From: Candidatus Latescibacterota bacterium | GTDB lineage: Bacteria; Latescibacterota; UBA2968; UBA8231 | Length of the DNA stretch: 64,000 nucleotides | Assembly (NCBI GenBank): GCA_965219385.1 | Contig: CBDCNM010000001.1 | Location: 794,631 to 858,630, forward strand | Direction: 5' to 3' | In this document: piece by piece, positions 49,957-58,730 of the stretch | Position numbering within the stretch: the stretch's first letter is position 1 | How the letters are laid out: each line of letters begins with the position of its first letter | Notes under the pieces: generated by a model | What the model was told of the DNA's origin: nothing | Database searches by the model: none | Seen by the model: only the letters and a program-made list of their open reading frames with translations | Made by a program: the position numbers and the translations under genes

Positions 49957-50613
49957 ATGCTGAGATTCCCCGAAGAACTCATGCTTCTCATCCTCGACGA
50001 CGAAAACGGGAAATTTGCGAGAGTGCCGGATCGGCTATTGCGTTACGCGCTCGCCGGAGGGGTGCTGATGGATCTGGCGCTGGAGAACCGTATCGACACC
50101 GATCTGAAGCAGCTTATCCTCGTCGATTCGAATCCTGTTCAGGACAGCCTGCTCGACCCGACGCTCGCCGACATATCCGAGGCGGCCGAGACCCGCGATG
50201 CGCGCTTCTGGGTGGAGCGCACCGCCCTCCGCAGCGCCGACGCCATTCGCCAAGAGGCGCTCGACCGGCTGGTAGAGCGGGGTATTCTGCAACGCAAGGA
50301 CGACCGATTTCTGTGGGTATTCCGGTCGCGGCGCTACCCGGTCATTGACGACCGAGCCGAACGGGAGGTCAAACTCAGGATTATGGAGATCTTGTTCAGC
50401 GACCAGATCCCTGGCCCGCGCGATGTGGTGATTATTGGCTTGGCGCACGCCTGCGACCTATTCGGACAGATACTGTCCGCCCGCGAACTGACGCACGTCG
50501 CCCCCCGCATTGATCAGGTGCGCCAGCTCGATTTGATCGGTCAGGCCATGTCGCAGGCGATCACGGACATCGAGTTATCGCTTGCCCTCGCGGTGCAGAT
50601 GAGACCATATTAA
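49957..50613 (+). CDS. GPP34 family (GOLPH3/Vps74-like) protein
   Basis: EELMLLILDDENG, ALAGGVLMDLALENRI, LVERGIL...FLWVF...RYP; AAGGA RBS. Confidence 0.8.
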   Translation: MLRFPEELMLLILDDENGKFARVPDRLLRYALAGGVLMDLALENRIDTDLKQLILVDSNPVQDSLLDPTLADISEAAETRDARFWVERTALRSADAIRQEALDRLVERGILQRKDDRFLWVFRSRRYPVIDDRAEREVKLRIMEILFSDQIPGPRDVVIIGLAHACDLFGQILSARELTHVAPRIDQVRQLDLIGQAMSQAITDIELSLALAVQMRPY

Positions 50614-50664
50614 GTATGTTGATACCCCACAGGCAATCACTTATAACCAACGAGACTTAGGGAG

Positions 50665-50997
50665 ATGGAAATTAACGTCGAACGCGAAAACGGAACCTTG
50701 ATCGCCCAAGTAGCAGGTCGGGTCGATAGCGCCAACGCCCGCCAGTTCGAGCAGGGACTCAGTGAGGCCATTGGCGACGACCGCAACGTAATCATCGATT
50801 TTGGCGGCCTTTCCTACATCAGCAGTTCGGGTCTGCGGGTCCTGCTGCTGGTGGCCAAGACGCTACGGCAGCGGTCGGCGCACTTGGCGCTGTGCTCGCT
50901 TGCGGGGCCGATCCGGGAGGTTTTCGAGATCAGCGGCTTCGACAAGATCATTCCGATCCACGACTCTCGGGCCGGCGCGCTGGCCGCCCTCGACTAG
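50665..50997 (+). CDS. STAS anti-sigma-factor antagonist (RsbV/SpoIIAA-like), copy 1
   Basis: GRVD, DFGGLSYISSSGLRVLL, VFEISGF. Confidence 0.93.
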   Translation: MEINVERENGTLIAQVAGRVDSANARQFEQGLSEAIGDDRNVIIDFGGLSYISSSGLRVLLLVAKTLRQRSAHLALCSLAGPIREVFEISGFDKIIPIHDSRAGALAALD

Positions 50998-51161
50998 CAT
51001 TTCGCTCGGCGCGCCGCCCGCAACCGGCGCTCCCTGGATCAGGGGGTCGGCGCCGGCGCTGGTGACCGATGCTCGGGCGAGCGCATAGCCGCCATTGACG
51101 ATCCACTGGCCGATCTCGCCCGCCGGCGCGCTGGCCCTAACCCCAATTCCCGAGCCACTAT

Positions 51162-52322
51162 ATGAAGCAAGTACCCTACAAGATCCTCGTGGTCGACGAT
51201 GAACCCGACCTCGAACACCTCGTGCGGCAGCGCATGCGCCGCGATGTGCGCGCCGGGCGCTACGCGTTCGCCTTTGCCCACAACGGCGTCGAGGCCCTCG
51301 AACGGCTCAACGAGGACCAGGACATCGACATGGTGCTCACCGACATCAATATGCCGCAGATGGACGGGCTGACCCTGCTCGAACAGATCCCCTCAGTCGA
51401 CCCCGACGTCCGCTCGGTGGTCGTCTCGGCCTATGGCGATATGAAGAATATCCGCACGGCCATGAACCGGGGCGCCTTCGACTTTGTCACCAAGCCCATC
51501 GACTTCCAGGATCTGCGGGTCACCATCGACCGCACCCTGCACCACCTGACTCTGTGGCGCGAAGCCCTGGCCTCGCGCGACCAATTGGTGGCGCTGCAAA
51601 ACGAATTGCGCGTCGCCCGCCAGATGCAGCAGTCGATCCTACCGACCCGCTTTCCCGAGCACGCCGACTATCAGGTCTTTGGCAATATGGAGCCGGCGCG
51701 CGAAGTGGGGGGCGATTTCTTCGATGTTATGACCCTGGAAAACGGCCGCCTCGGCCTGGCCATCGCCGATGTCTCCGACAAGGGCGTACCCGCGGCCTTG
51801 TTCATGATGTCCAGCCGCACGTTGCTCAAGGGCGCCGCCATCGGCGACCCGGACCCGGCCAAGGTGCTGGGCGAAGTAAACCAACTGCTGGAGCGCGACA
51901 ACGAAGCGGCGCTGTTCGTCACCATGTTTTACGCGGTGTTCAACCCGGCGAGCGGCGAACTGGTATATGCCAACGGCGGGCACAATCCGCCGCTGGTTGT
52001 CCATGCCGACGGAAGCTCGACCCTGCTGCCTCCAACCGACGGGATCGCCTTGGGCGTGATGCCGGATCTCGACTACGAGCAGAACGCGGTCACCTTGGTG
52101 CCCGGCGATGTCCTCGTGCTCTACACCGACGGGGTCACCGAAGCGATGAATAGCGACGACGAGGAGTTTGGCCTGGATCGTCTGCGGCAAGTATTTGCGG
52201 CGGAACGCTCGAATGATGCTCGCGCGGACAACCAAGCGGTTTTTGCCGCGGTACATGCGTTCGCCGGCGAAAGGCCCCAATTCGACGACATCACCTGCCT
52301 GACGCTGCGGTACGGCGAGTGA
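51162..52322 (+). CDS. Receiver domain + PP2C/SpoIIE phosphatase (RsbU/RsbY-like)
   Basis: ILVVDDE, TDINMP, FVTKP; VGGDFFD, IADVSDKG, YTDGVTEA, DDIT. Confidence 0.93.
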   Translation: MKQVPYKILVVDDEPDLEHLVRQRMRRDVRAGRYAFAFAHNGVEALERLNEDQDIDMVLTDINMPQMDGLTLLEQIPSVDPDVRSVVVSAYGDMKNIRTAMNRGAFDFVTKPIDFQDLRVTIDRTLHHLTLWREALASRDQLVALQNELRVARQMQQSILPTRFPEHADYQVFGNMEPAREVGGDFFDVMTLENGRLGLAIADVSDKGVPAALFMMSSRTLLKGAAIGDPDPAKVLGEVNQLLERDNEAALFVTMFYAVFNPASGELVYANGGHNPPLVVHADGSSTLLPPTDGIALGVMPDLDYEQNAVTLVPGDVLVLYTDGVTEAMNSDDEEFGLDRLRQVFAAERSNDARADNQAVFAAVHAFAGERPQFDDITCLTLRYGE

Positions 52323-52327
52323 GAGCC

Positions 52328-52759
52328 ATGAGCGCGAAACGGTCACTGAGCATTGCGACGGAAATCGGCGAGTTAGCGCGGATTAGCACTGCTGTCGAAG
52401 AACTGGGGCAGGCTGAGGATTGGCCTCCCGACCTCGTGTACCAAGTCAACCTCGTCCTCGATGAATTGGTCGTCAACATTATCAACTATGGGCACGAAGG
52501 CGACCCGAACCACGAGATTGAGATTGGATTGGCTTGGGAAGTGGACGCGCTCACCATTGAAATAGTGGACGACAGCCCGGCCTTCAACCCCCTGAGCGAC
52601 GCCCCCGAACCGGATTTGTCGTCGGCGCTGGAAGATCGTCGGGTGGGCGGTCTGGGCGTTTATCTGGTGCACACTCTGATGGACGAACTGCACTACCGGC
52701 GCGAACAGGATCGCAACCACTTGACCCTGATCAAGCAGATCAAGCGGCGGAATGGCTGA
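52328..52759 (+). CDS. RsbW/SpoIIAB-like anti-sigma serine kinase, copy 1
   Basis: LDELVVNIINYG N-box, DDSPAFNP, GGLGVYLV...MDE. Confidence 0.92.
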   Translation: MSAKRSLSIATEIGELARISTAVEELGQAEDWPPDLVYQVNLVLDELVVNIINYGHEGDPNHEIEIGLAWEVDALTIEIVDDSPAFNPLSDAPEPDLSSALEDRRVGGLGVYLVHTLMDELHYRREQDRNHLTLIKQIKRRNG

Positions 52760-52788
52760 GGTAGGTGCGCCTTTCAGGTGCTATGCCT

Positions 52789-52916
52789 AAGGCGCGCTCT
52801 CGACCTGCACCGCAATGATGTCCAGGTCGTGGTATTTCTGGTGCCGCACCGAAGCGGCGTAGTGCCGCAACAGGCGAAACGAAATCTCGCGTTCGTCCAC
52901 TATCTCGGGCTGTTCG
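52789..52916 (-). repeat. 128-bp direct repeat of 56001-56128 (3' end of the NCS2 fusion gene)
   Basis: One mismatch by manual comparison; carries its own stop codon (TAG here, TGA in the full gene). Confidence 0.95.
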
Positions 52917-52918
52917 AT

Positions 52919-54064
52919 ATGACCAGAAAAACCATACGTACATTAAAGATCGAAAACTTCAAGAGCATTGACTCTTTAGAAGTAAAGGGGCTTGCCCCCT
53001 TTTCGGTATTCGCGGGAGCGAATGGCTCGGGCAAGAGCAATTTCTTTGATGCACTGGACTTTGTCAGCCTCTTTGTGCGCGGCGGGATTGAAATCGCGCT
53101 GCGCGAGCATGGGGGCTTTGCAAATATACATTCGGCGAAGCGTTCTGCTCCGAATTCCAAAAAGTTCAGTTTTGAACTCAAATGCGATCTTCTGAAACAG
53201 CAGGAAGAAACGCCGACGACGTTTCACTATTCGTTGAGCATTGACGACCTCGACACCCGCAAACCCGAAATCGAAGAATACTTATTCTTCAATGGGAGAC
53301 GACTTATCGTTCATCGGAGGGGGGACGAAGAAGTGAGCTTTGATGTGGAAAAATTTCCCGATCGGTTTTTCGTCGCGGCCATTCATTCGGCGCTATCACT
53401 TTTACCAAATCATCCGCTTACCGAACTCCTGAGAAATTTGAATGTGTACCGGATTGATCCTACGGGTGCAAAGGAGCCGGATAAATCCGACCTTGATCCA
53501 ACGCAGTTAGAGCGCAAGGGGCACAATCTGGCGAGTGTCTTGCGTCGCTTAGAGCGAAATCGAGCGATACACGAAGACATTCTAGACTGGATGGAGATGA
53601 TTGTCCCAGGGATCGAGAAGATTCAGACCGAACAGCAGAGACTAGACAGTAGAACCGCCCTGCTGTTTAAGGAGAAAGGGACGAGGAAGCAGTTTCCAGC
53701 ACATCTAGTTTCAGACGGGACGATGTACGCGCTCTGTTTACTGGTCGCCGTGCTCGACACGCCTTCAGGTTGCGGAATGACGTTGATTGAGGAGCCGGAA
53801 AGAGGGCTGCACCCCAAGGCCATCCGCGAGCTGATAGATTTGATGCGGCAGCAGGCTTCGCCTGAAAATCCCATTTGGTTGACCACCCATAGCGAATCGG
53901 TTGTTCGAGCCCTCAATCTCGGCGAACTTATTCTCGTGGATAAGGTTGAAGGCCGCACTACAATGAAGTCGGCCGATGCTGGGAACATCTCCCAAGAGGA
54001 CCTTGCTCCACTGAGTCTTGATGAGGTGTGGCTCTCGAACCTTCTGGCCGGGGGGCTGCCATGA
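52919..54064 (+). CDS. AAA_21/AbiEii-type ABC ATPase
   Basis: IENFKSI, GANGSGKSN, VSDGT, IEEPERGLHP, TTHS. Confidence 0.9.
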   Translation: MTRKTIRTLKIENFKSIDSLEVKGLAPFSVFAGANGSGKSNFFDALDFVSLFVRGGIEIALREHGGFANIHSAKRSAPNSKKFSFELKCDLLKQQEETPTTFHYSLSIDDLDTRKPEIEEYLFFNGRRLIVHRRGDEEVSFDVEKFPDRFFVAAIHSALSLLPNHPLTELLRNLNVYRIDPTGAKEPDKSDLDPTQLERKGHNLASVLRRLERNRAIHEDILDWMEMIVPGIEKIQTEQQRLDSRTALLFKEKGTRKQFPAHLVSDGTMYALCLLVAVLDTPSGCGMTLIEEPERGLHPKAIRELIDLMRQQASPENPIWLTTHSESVVRALNLGELILVDKVEGRTTMKSADAGNISQEDLAPLSLDEVWLSNLLAGGLP

Positions 54065-54703
54065 TGACTGTGGGGTTCGTGGTGGAAGGGGCTTCAGAAA
54101 AGCGGCTGGTCGAAAGTGAATTGTTTCAGAAATGGCTGCGTGAGGATTGCAACCTGGAAGTGATCGATCCAGTGGTTGATGCGGCTGGCAATGGCAATAT
54201 GTGCAGTCGTAACATTGGAGCTTTCGTCAAGAATCTCAGGACGAGGACAAGTCCGGACAAGGTGGTTGTGCTTGCCGACCTCGATCCCGATACCTGTGCG
54301 CCGTGCGTGCAAAAGCGCAAGACGATCATTGGTTGTCAGGGAATTGACTTGGTCGCGATTGCGAAGAAGGCGATTGAATCCTGGTTTCTCGCCGATACGA
54401 AGGCCATGTGCCAATGGTTGGGAGACAACACCTTCTGCGAGGTTGACCCGGAAACGCTAACTGGAATGCCTTGGAATCGGCTAAAGGAGCTTGGCCGCCA
54501 AAGTAAAAAGGGTAGAGGGCCGGGGAGCACCAAGACTGTTTTTGCCAGAAAGTTCATTTAGAGATTGCAGGTTTGAGGTCAGACGAGCAGCTCGGCACGC
54601 TAACTGCCCCAGTGCTCGTTATTTTGTCGAACGGCTCTGTGCGTTGGGCCGCAACGATTTAATACTACGAAGGGAGAAGCTATGGCCACGACATCCTCAG
54701 TGA
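54061..54703 (+). pseudogene. TOPRIM-like (DUF4276/RloB-like) ATPase partner; +1 frameshift near 54558
   Basis: FVVEGASE, LADLD, IESWFLAD; ATT-T-AGA gives an early stop, next frame continues ...NCPSARYFVERL. Confidence 0.65.
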
Positions 54704-54713
54704 GTTACCAGCC

Positions 54714-55825
54714 GTGAAAACCGATCTCCGTCCGGGTCTGCTCGATTCTCTGGCTCCAGACAGGATCGAGGATTTCATCACGAAGGCATTCTGCTGGATA
54801 TTGTCGAACACCGGGTTCGGCGCACGCTTTCTCGACTACCTTTGCGAGAAGGGCATCAGTCTGCCGGCTCTTAACAGGGCGACGCTGCGGTGGGAGACCC
54901 AGACATCGTTCCCGCGGGGAGGAGGCAAGTGGCCCGTCCGTCCCGACATGACCTGCTCGGATGGAAAGCGTGGGATTGTCTTCGAACACAAGGCTTGGTC
55001 TTGGCTGCGAGAAGATCAGCTTGGCGATTACAAGAACCACGCGCCGCCGCCGTTCAATGAGGCGCCGATGGTTCTAATTACCGCGCATCGCGGACAGCAT
55101 CAGCAGGAGCCGGATCTGGGGCTGTGCTGGTATCAGATTCATGAACTTCTTGGGGAATGGTTGCAGTTGCAGTCTGAAAGCTACGATCCGGTGGTGCATT
55201 TCGTAGTCGAGGATTTTCAGACACTGCTTAAGAGGAAAGGACTCGGACCGATGCACAAGTTGGAACAGAAAGCCATCGAGAGCCACTTCCTTGTGGCCGA
55301 CTTGCACGAAAATTTGGAAAAGATGATGTGGGCCGTGCTTGGCAAGGAATGGCCAGATACGGCCGAGAGGCAGGTCGACAACCAATGGGGCCGCCGGGGT
55401 TTCCAGGTGCGGGCGAGCGGAAAGATGCGACCACTTGGAACCCCGGCCTGTTCGTCGGTGTTCTCCTGGATGGATGGGATCATTGCACAAAACCCGTGGA
55501 TCGAAACCGCGGCCCGGACGCTTGTGTCATTCTCAATCTCGGCGAGGATCTGCATCCAGCGGCAGCAGTTCCCGCTTACCAGCAGCTGGTGACGTACCTG
55601 AAGTCCGAGAAGTTTCCGGATGGCTGGACGTTTTACGATCATGCCGGGGACAAGAAGGTCCGGAAGCCAAATCCATGGCACCCGTTTCATATAAGGTGTC
55701 CACTGGTCGAAGTTCTTGATGGGGCCCAGGAACCGGAAGAGCAGATCAACCAGTTCTACAAGGACGCTCACGAGGTTGTCCGGCTGGTTCTTGAGCATCC
55801 GTCCCTGAAGAAGTCCTGGACCTGA
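54714..55825 (+). pseudogene. PD-(D/E)XK nuclease-like protein, frameshifted near 55415
   Basis: EDFITKAF, WETQ, RPDM, VFEHK, DQL..Y; C-terminal part lies in ORF 55328-55825. Confidence 0.65.
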
Positions 55826-55998
55826 GCTTGGTGGTTCGCTCCTGTTCTGATCCTTCGGTTCCTTTGGCCGAAAGGTGGTGGGAGTGGGGCGCAGACGCAG
55901 TCTGAAGGTATGAGTCCGGGGTGGCCCGAACCGTTAGTTAGCCCCGGCCGCTCTGGCGTCGAATCGCTTCGTGTAACGTGAGGGTCACAGGCGGGCTG

Positions 55999-57729
55999 TC
56001 AAGGCGCGCTCTCGACCTGCACCGCAATGATGTCCAGGTCGTGGTATTTCTGGTGCCGCACCGAAGCGGCGTAGTGCCGCAACAGGCGGAACGAAATCTC
56101 GCGTTCGTCCACTATCTCGGGCTGTTCGCTCAAGTACGCCAGCCGGTCTTCGAGATTGTCCCCTGAGGTAGCCGCCAAAAACTCCAGCTCCGCCGCCCCT
56201 TCGGCGAGTCGTGCGGTGAGGATCAAGTGCCGTCCGTCGGCGGCTGCATCGTCCTCAGCTTGTTGTATCAGAATCGCCAGGGTCTCTTCCCCTGCGGCGC
56301 GCAACCGCTCGGTCGCCGGGTCGTCCCAGCCGATTTTCGCGGCAAAGGCGCGGAGGAACTCGTCGATCTTGGGCAGCGAGGCGACATCTAACTCGATCTC
56401 TAGACGTCGGCGGCGCGGCGCCGTCAGCTCCATGAACGCGGTCAGCAAGATCGCGGCAAGACCCCCAGCGGTCATGCCGTTGCCGAGCAAGGTGCCCCAC
56501 GTCTTGCCCAGCAAATCGGCGAAGATCACCTGATTCTGAAAGCCCACGCCAATCCAGAACGACAGCCCCACCACCGCGGCCTTGCGGTAATTGAGACCGT
56601 TCTCGACGACCAGCTTCATACCCTGTACAAAGAGCAGGCCTATTAGCAGGGTTACATAGGCCGCGCCCACGGGGTTGGGAATGGCGATCAGGAGGGCTGT
56701 CACCTTGGGCGATAAGGCCAGTACCGCAAAGATGCTCCCGATATACACTCCGACGCGGCGCGCGGCGACCCCGGTGAGTTCGGCGAGCGATATACTGGTC
56801 GAGTAGGTCGTATTGGGGGGCGTCCCGGCGAGCCCGGACAACAGGTTGCCCATCCCGTCGGCGTTGAGAGCGCCCTGGACCAGGCGAAAATCGGTTGCCC
56901 GCGGCCGGCGCCGCGAGACCTGTTGAATGGCAACGCCGTCGCCAATGGTCTCGATCGCGCCTACTAAGGTAACGACCACAAACGCCGGCAACAGCGCCCA
57001 GAACTCTGCACTGAACGTCAGATCCAATCCCGGCCATGCGCTATCGGGAAGACCGATCCAAGGGGCTTCGATTACGGGCTGAATGTCGTATAATCCGAAG
57101 GGGGCGGTCACGGCGCAGCCCACCGCGATGCCGATGAGCGGTGCCCACAGCCGCCAAGCCACTGGAGCGCGCAACGCCAGCACCACAAGAGTAGCGAGCG
57201 TCGCCCCGGCCGCGGCCGGGGCCGCGGCCGGGGGCGTGGCCCCGGGCACATCCGCCAGCAAGTCGAAAACGATCGGCATGACCGTGACGGCGATCAGCAT
57301 GATCACCGTGCCGGAGACGACCGGCGTGATGATCCGGCGCAGCAGCGAAAGCCGTGCGGCCAGGACAAACTGAAACAGCGACGAAACGACGATCAGGCTC
57401 GCCATCAGGGCCGGTCCACCCTTCACCAGTGCCGTGATGCAGACCGCGATGAAGGCGCCGGAGGTGCCCATGATGAGCACGTGCCCGGCCCCGATCCGCC
57501 CGACCCGGACCGCTTGCAGAACCGTGCTCACTCCACTGATCATTAGCGCCGCGAAGGCGATCCAGGTCAGGTAGCTCGCCGGCTGGTCGGCCGCCCGGCC
57601 AATAATGACCGCGCTGAGCACCACCGGTGCCAGGACGACCACCGCGGCCTGAAAGCCGACCCCAGCGGCGACTGAGTGGGGGGGCCGCTCGTCCGGCTCG
57701 TAGCGGATGTTTTCATTGACATGTGCCAT
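55999..57729 (-). CDS. NCS2 (xanthine/uracil permease-like) transporter fused to a degenerate RsbW-like HATPase domain
   Basis: RIGAG..LIMGTSGAF, TPVVSGTVIMLI, IETIGD, ADGMGNLLSGL, NTTYS; soluble tail SLPKIDEFL...RLRAAGEETL...ISFRLLRHYA; GAGGTGG RBS. Confidence 0.85.
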   Translation of the reverse strand: MAHVNENIRYEPDERPPHSVAAGVGFQAAVVVLAPVVLSAVIIGRAADQPASYLTWIAFAALMISGVSTVLQAVRVGRIGAGHVLIMGTSGAFIAVCITALVKGGPALMASLIVVSSLFQFVLAARLSLLRRIITPVVSGTVIMLIAVTVMPIVFDLLADVPGATPPAAAPAAAGATLATLVVLALRAPVAWRLWAPLIGIAVGCAVTAPFGLYDIQPVIEAPWIGLPDSAWPGLDLTFSAEFWALLPAFVVVTLVGAIETIGDGVAIQQVSRRRPRATDFRLVQGALNADGMGNLLSGLAGTPPNTTYSTSISLAELTGVAARRVGVYIGSIFAVLALSPKVTALLIAIPNPVGAAYVTLLIGLLFVQGMKLVVENGLNYRKAAVVGLSFWIGVGFQNQVIFADLLGKTWGTLLGNGMTAGGLAAILLTAFMELTAPRRRRLEIELDVASLPKIDEFLRAFAAKIGWDDPATERLRAAGEETLAILIQQAEDDAAADGRHLILTARLAEGAAELEFLAATSGDNLEDRLAYLSEQPEIVDEREISFRLLRHYAASVRHQKYHDLDIIAVQVESAP

Positions 57730-58019
57730 TCAGCCACCTCTTCTCAGACCTGGCTCGAAAAAGGATTAGTACTACTTTGTTAATTGGCGGATAACGTGCT
57801 CATTGGTCCACTATTTTTGCCTATTTTGGTCGCAATCTTTCGGCCAATACCGATCAGGATTTGTGCTGTAAGGTCCGAAGAAACAGCGCATTACCCCAAA
57901 CAGATCGCTTTCAAGCCTTTCGATAACCTGCTGAAAAATAGGGACTTATGGGACCAGCACTCCTAATCAACAAAGTAATATTAGGACAGATAAACGACCT
58001 TATCGGTAGTTAGGTCAAG

Positions 58020-58438
58020 TAAATTTTGGGCGATTTTGCCGCAGCCTTTGGGTGATCGGGGTGGGGTCACTTGACTTCGCTGTGCAGATGAGGCCATATT
58101 AACTATAATGGGCACGACGGCGACCCGACCCACGAGATCGAGATCGTCTTGGCTTGGGACGCGGACAGGCTCACCATCGAGATGGTGGACGACAGCCCGG
58201 CCTTCAACCCCCTGGACGACGCCCCCGAACCCGATTGATGTCCAGGTCGTGATATTTCTGGTGCCGCACCGAAGAGGCGTAGTGCCGCAATAGGCGGAAC
58301 GAAATCTCGCGCTCGTCCACTATCTCGGGCTGTTCGCTCAGATACGCCAGCCGGTCTTCGAGATTCTCCCCCTCGGAAGCGGCCAAAAACTCTAGTTCCG
58401 CCGCCCCTTCGGCGAGCCGTGCAGTGAGGATCAAGCGC
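58020..58438. repeat. Collapsed mosaic copy of the partner-switching module
   Basis: 58020-58105 matches 61420-61505 and in part 50581-50613; 58108-58235 is an internal RsbW fragment; 58236-58438 matches ~56028-56230 of the NCS2 fusion. Confidence 0.88.
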
Positions 58439-58730
58439 CGCCCGCGCTGGTCTGCCCGGAAGGCCTTGCCGAAAAATTACTTTTCTGTTTCGGTATTCCG
58501 AATTTCGCCGTTCCCCTCTGAAATTCGGAATTTTAGGGCGTGAAAAGGAAAACTTAAATTTCGGCAGAGCCGGAAGAGATCTGGTAGCATCCATGACGGT
58601 CGAGAATCCGGAGCGCATTATCCGGGAGCCATCTGATCGGCGATTAGGCGGTGGAGGAGTACTGCAGCGAGGAGCCGTTCCACAATCTGGACTGAATCGG
58701 TCCTCTGGGAGGCAACGCGCCAGCGCTGCA

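Noticed and set aside
52778..52918. N-terminal extension of the ABC ATPase
   Set aside because: It is the antisense reading of the duplicated NCS2 3' end; ATG 52919 fits the family start
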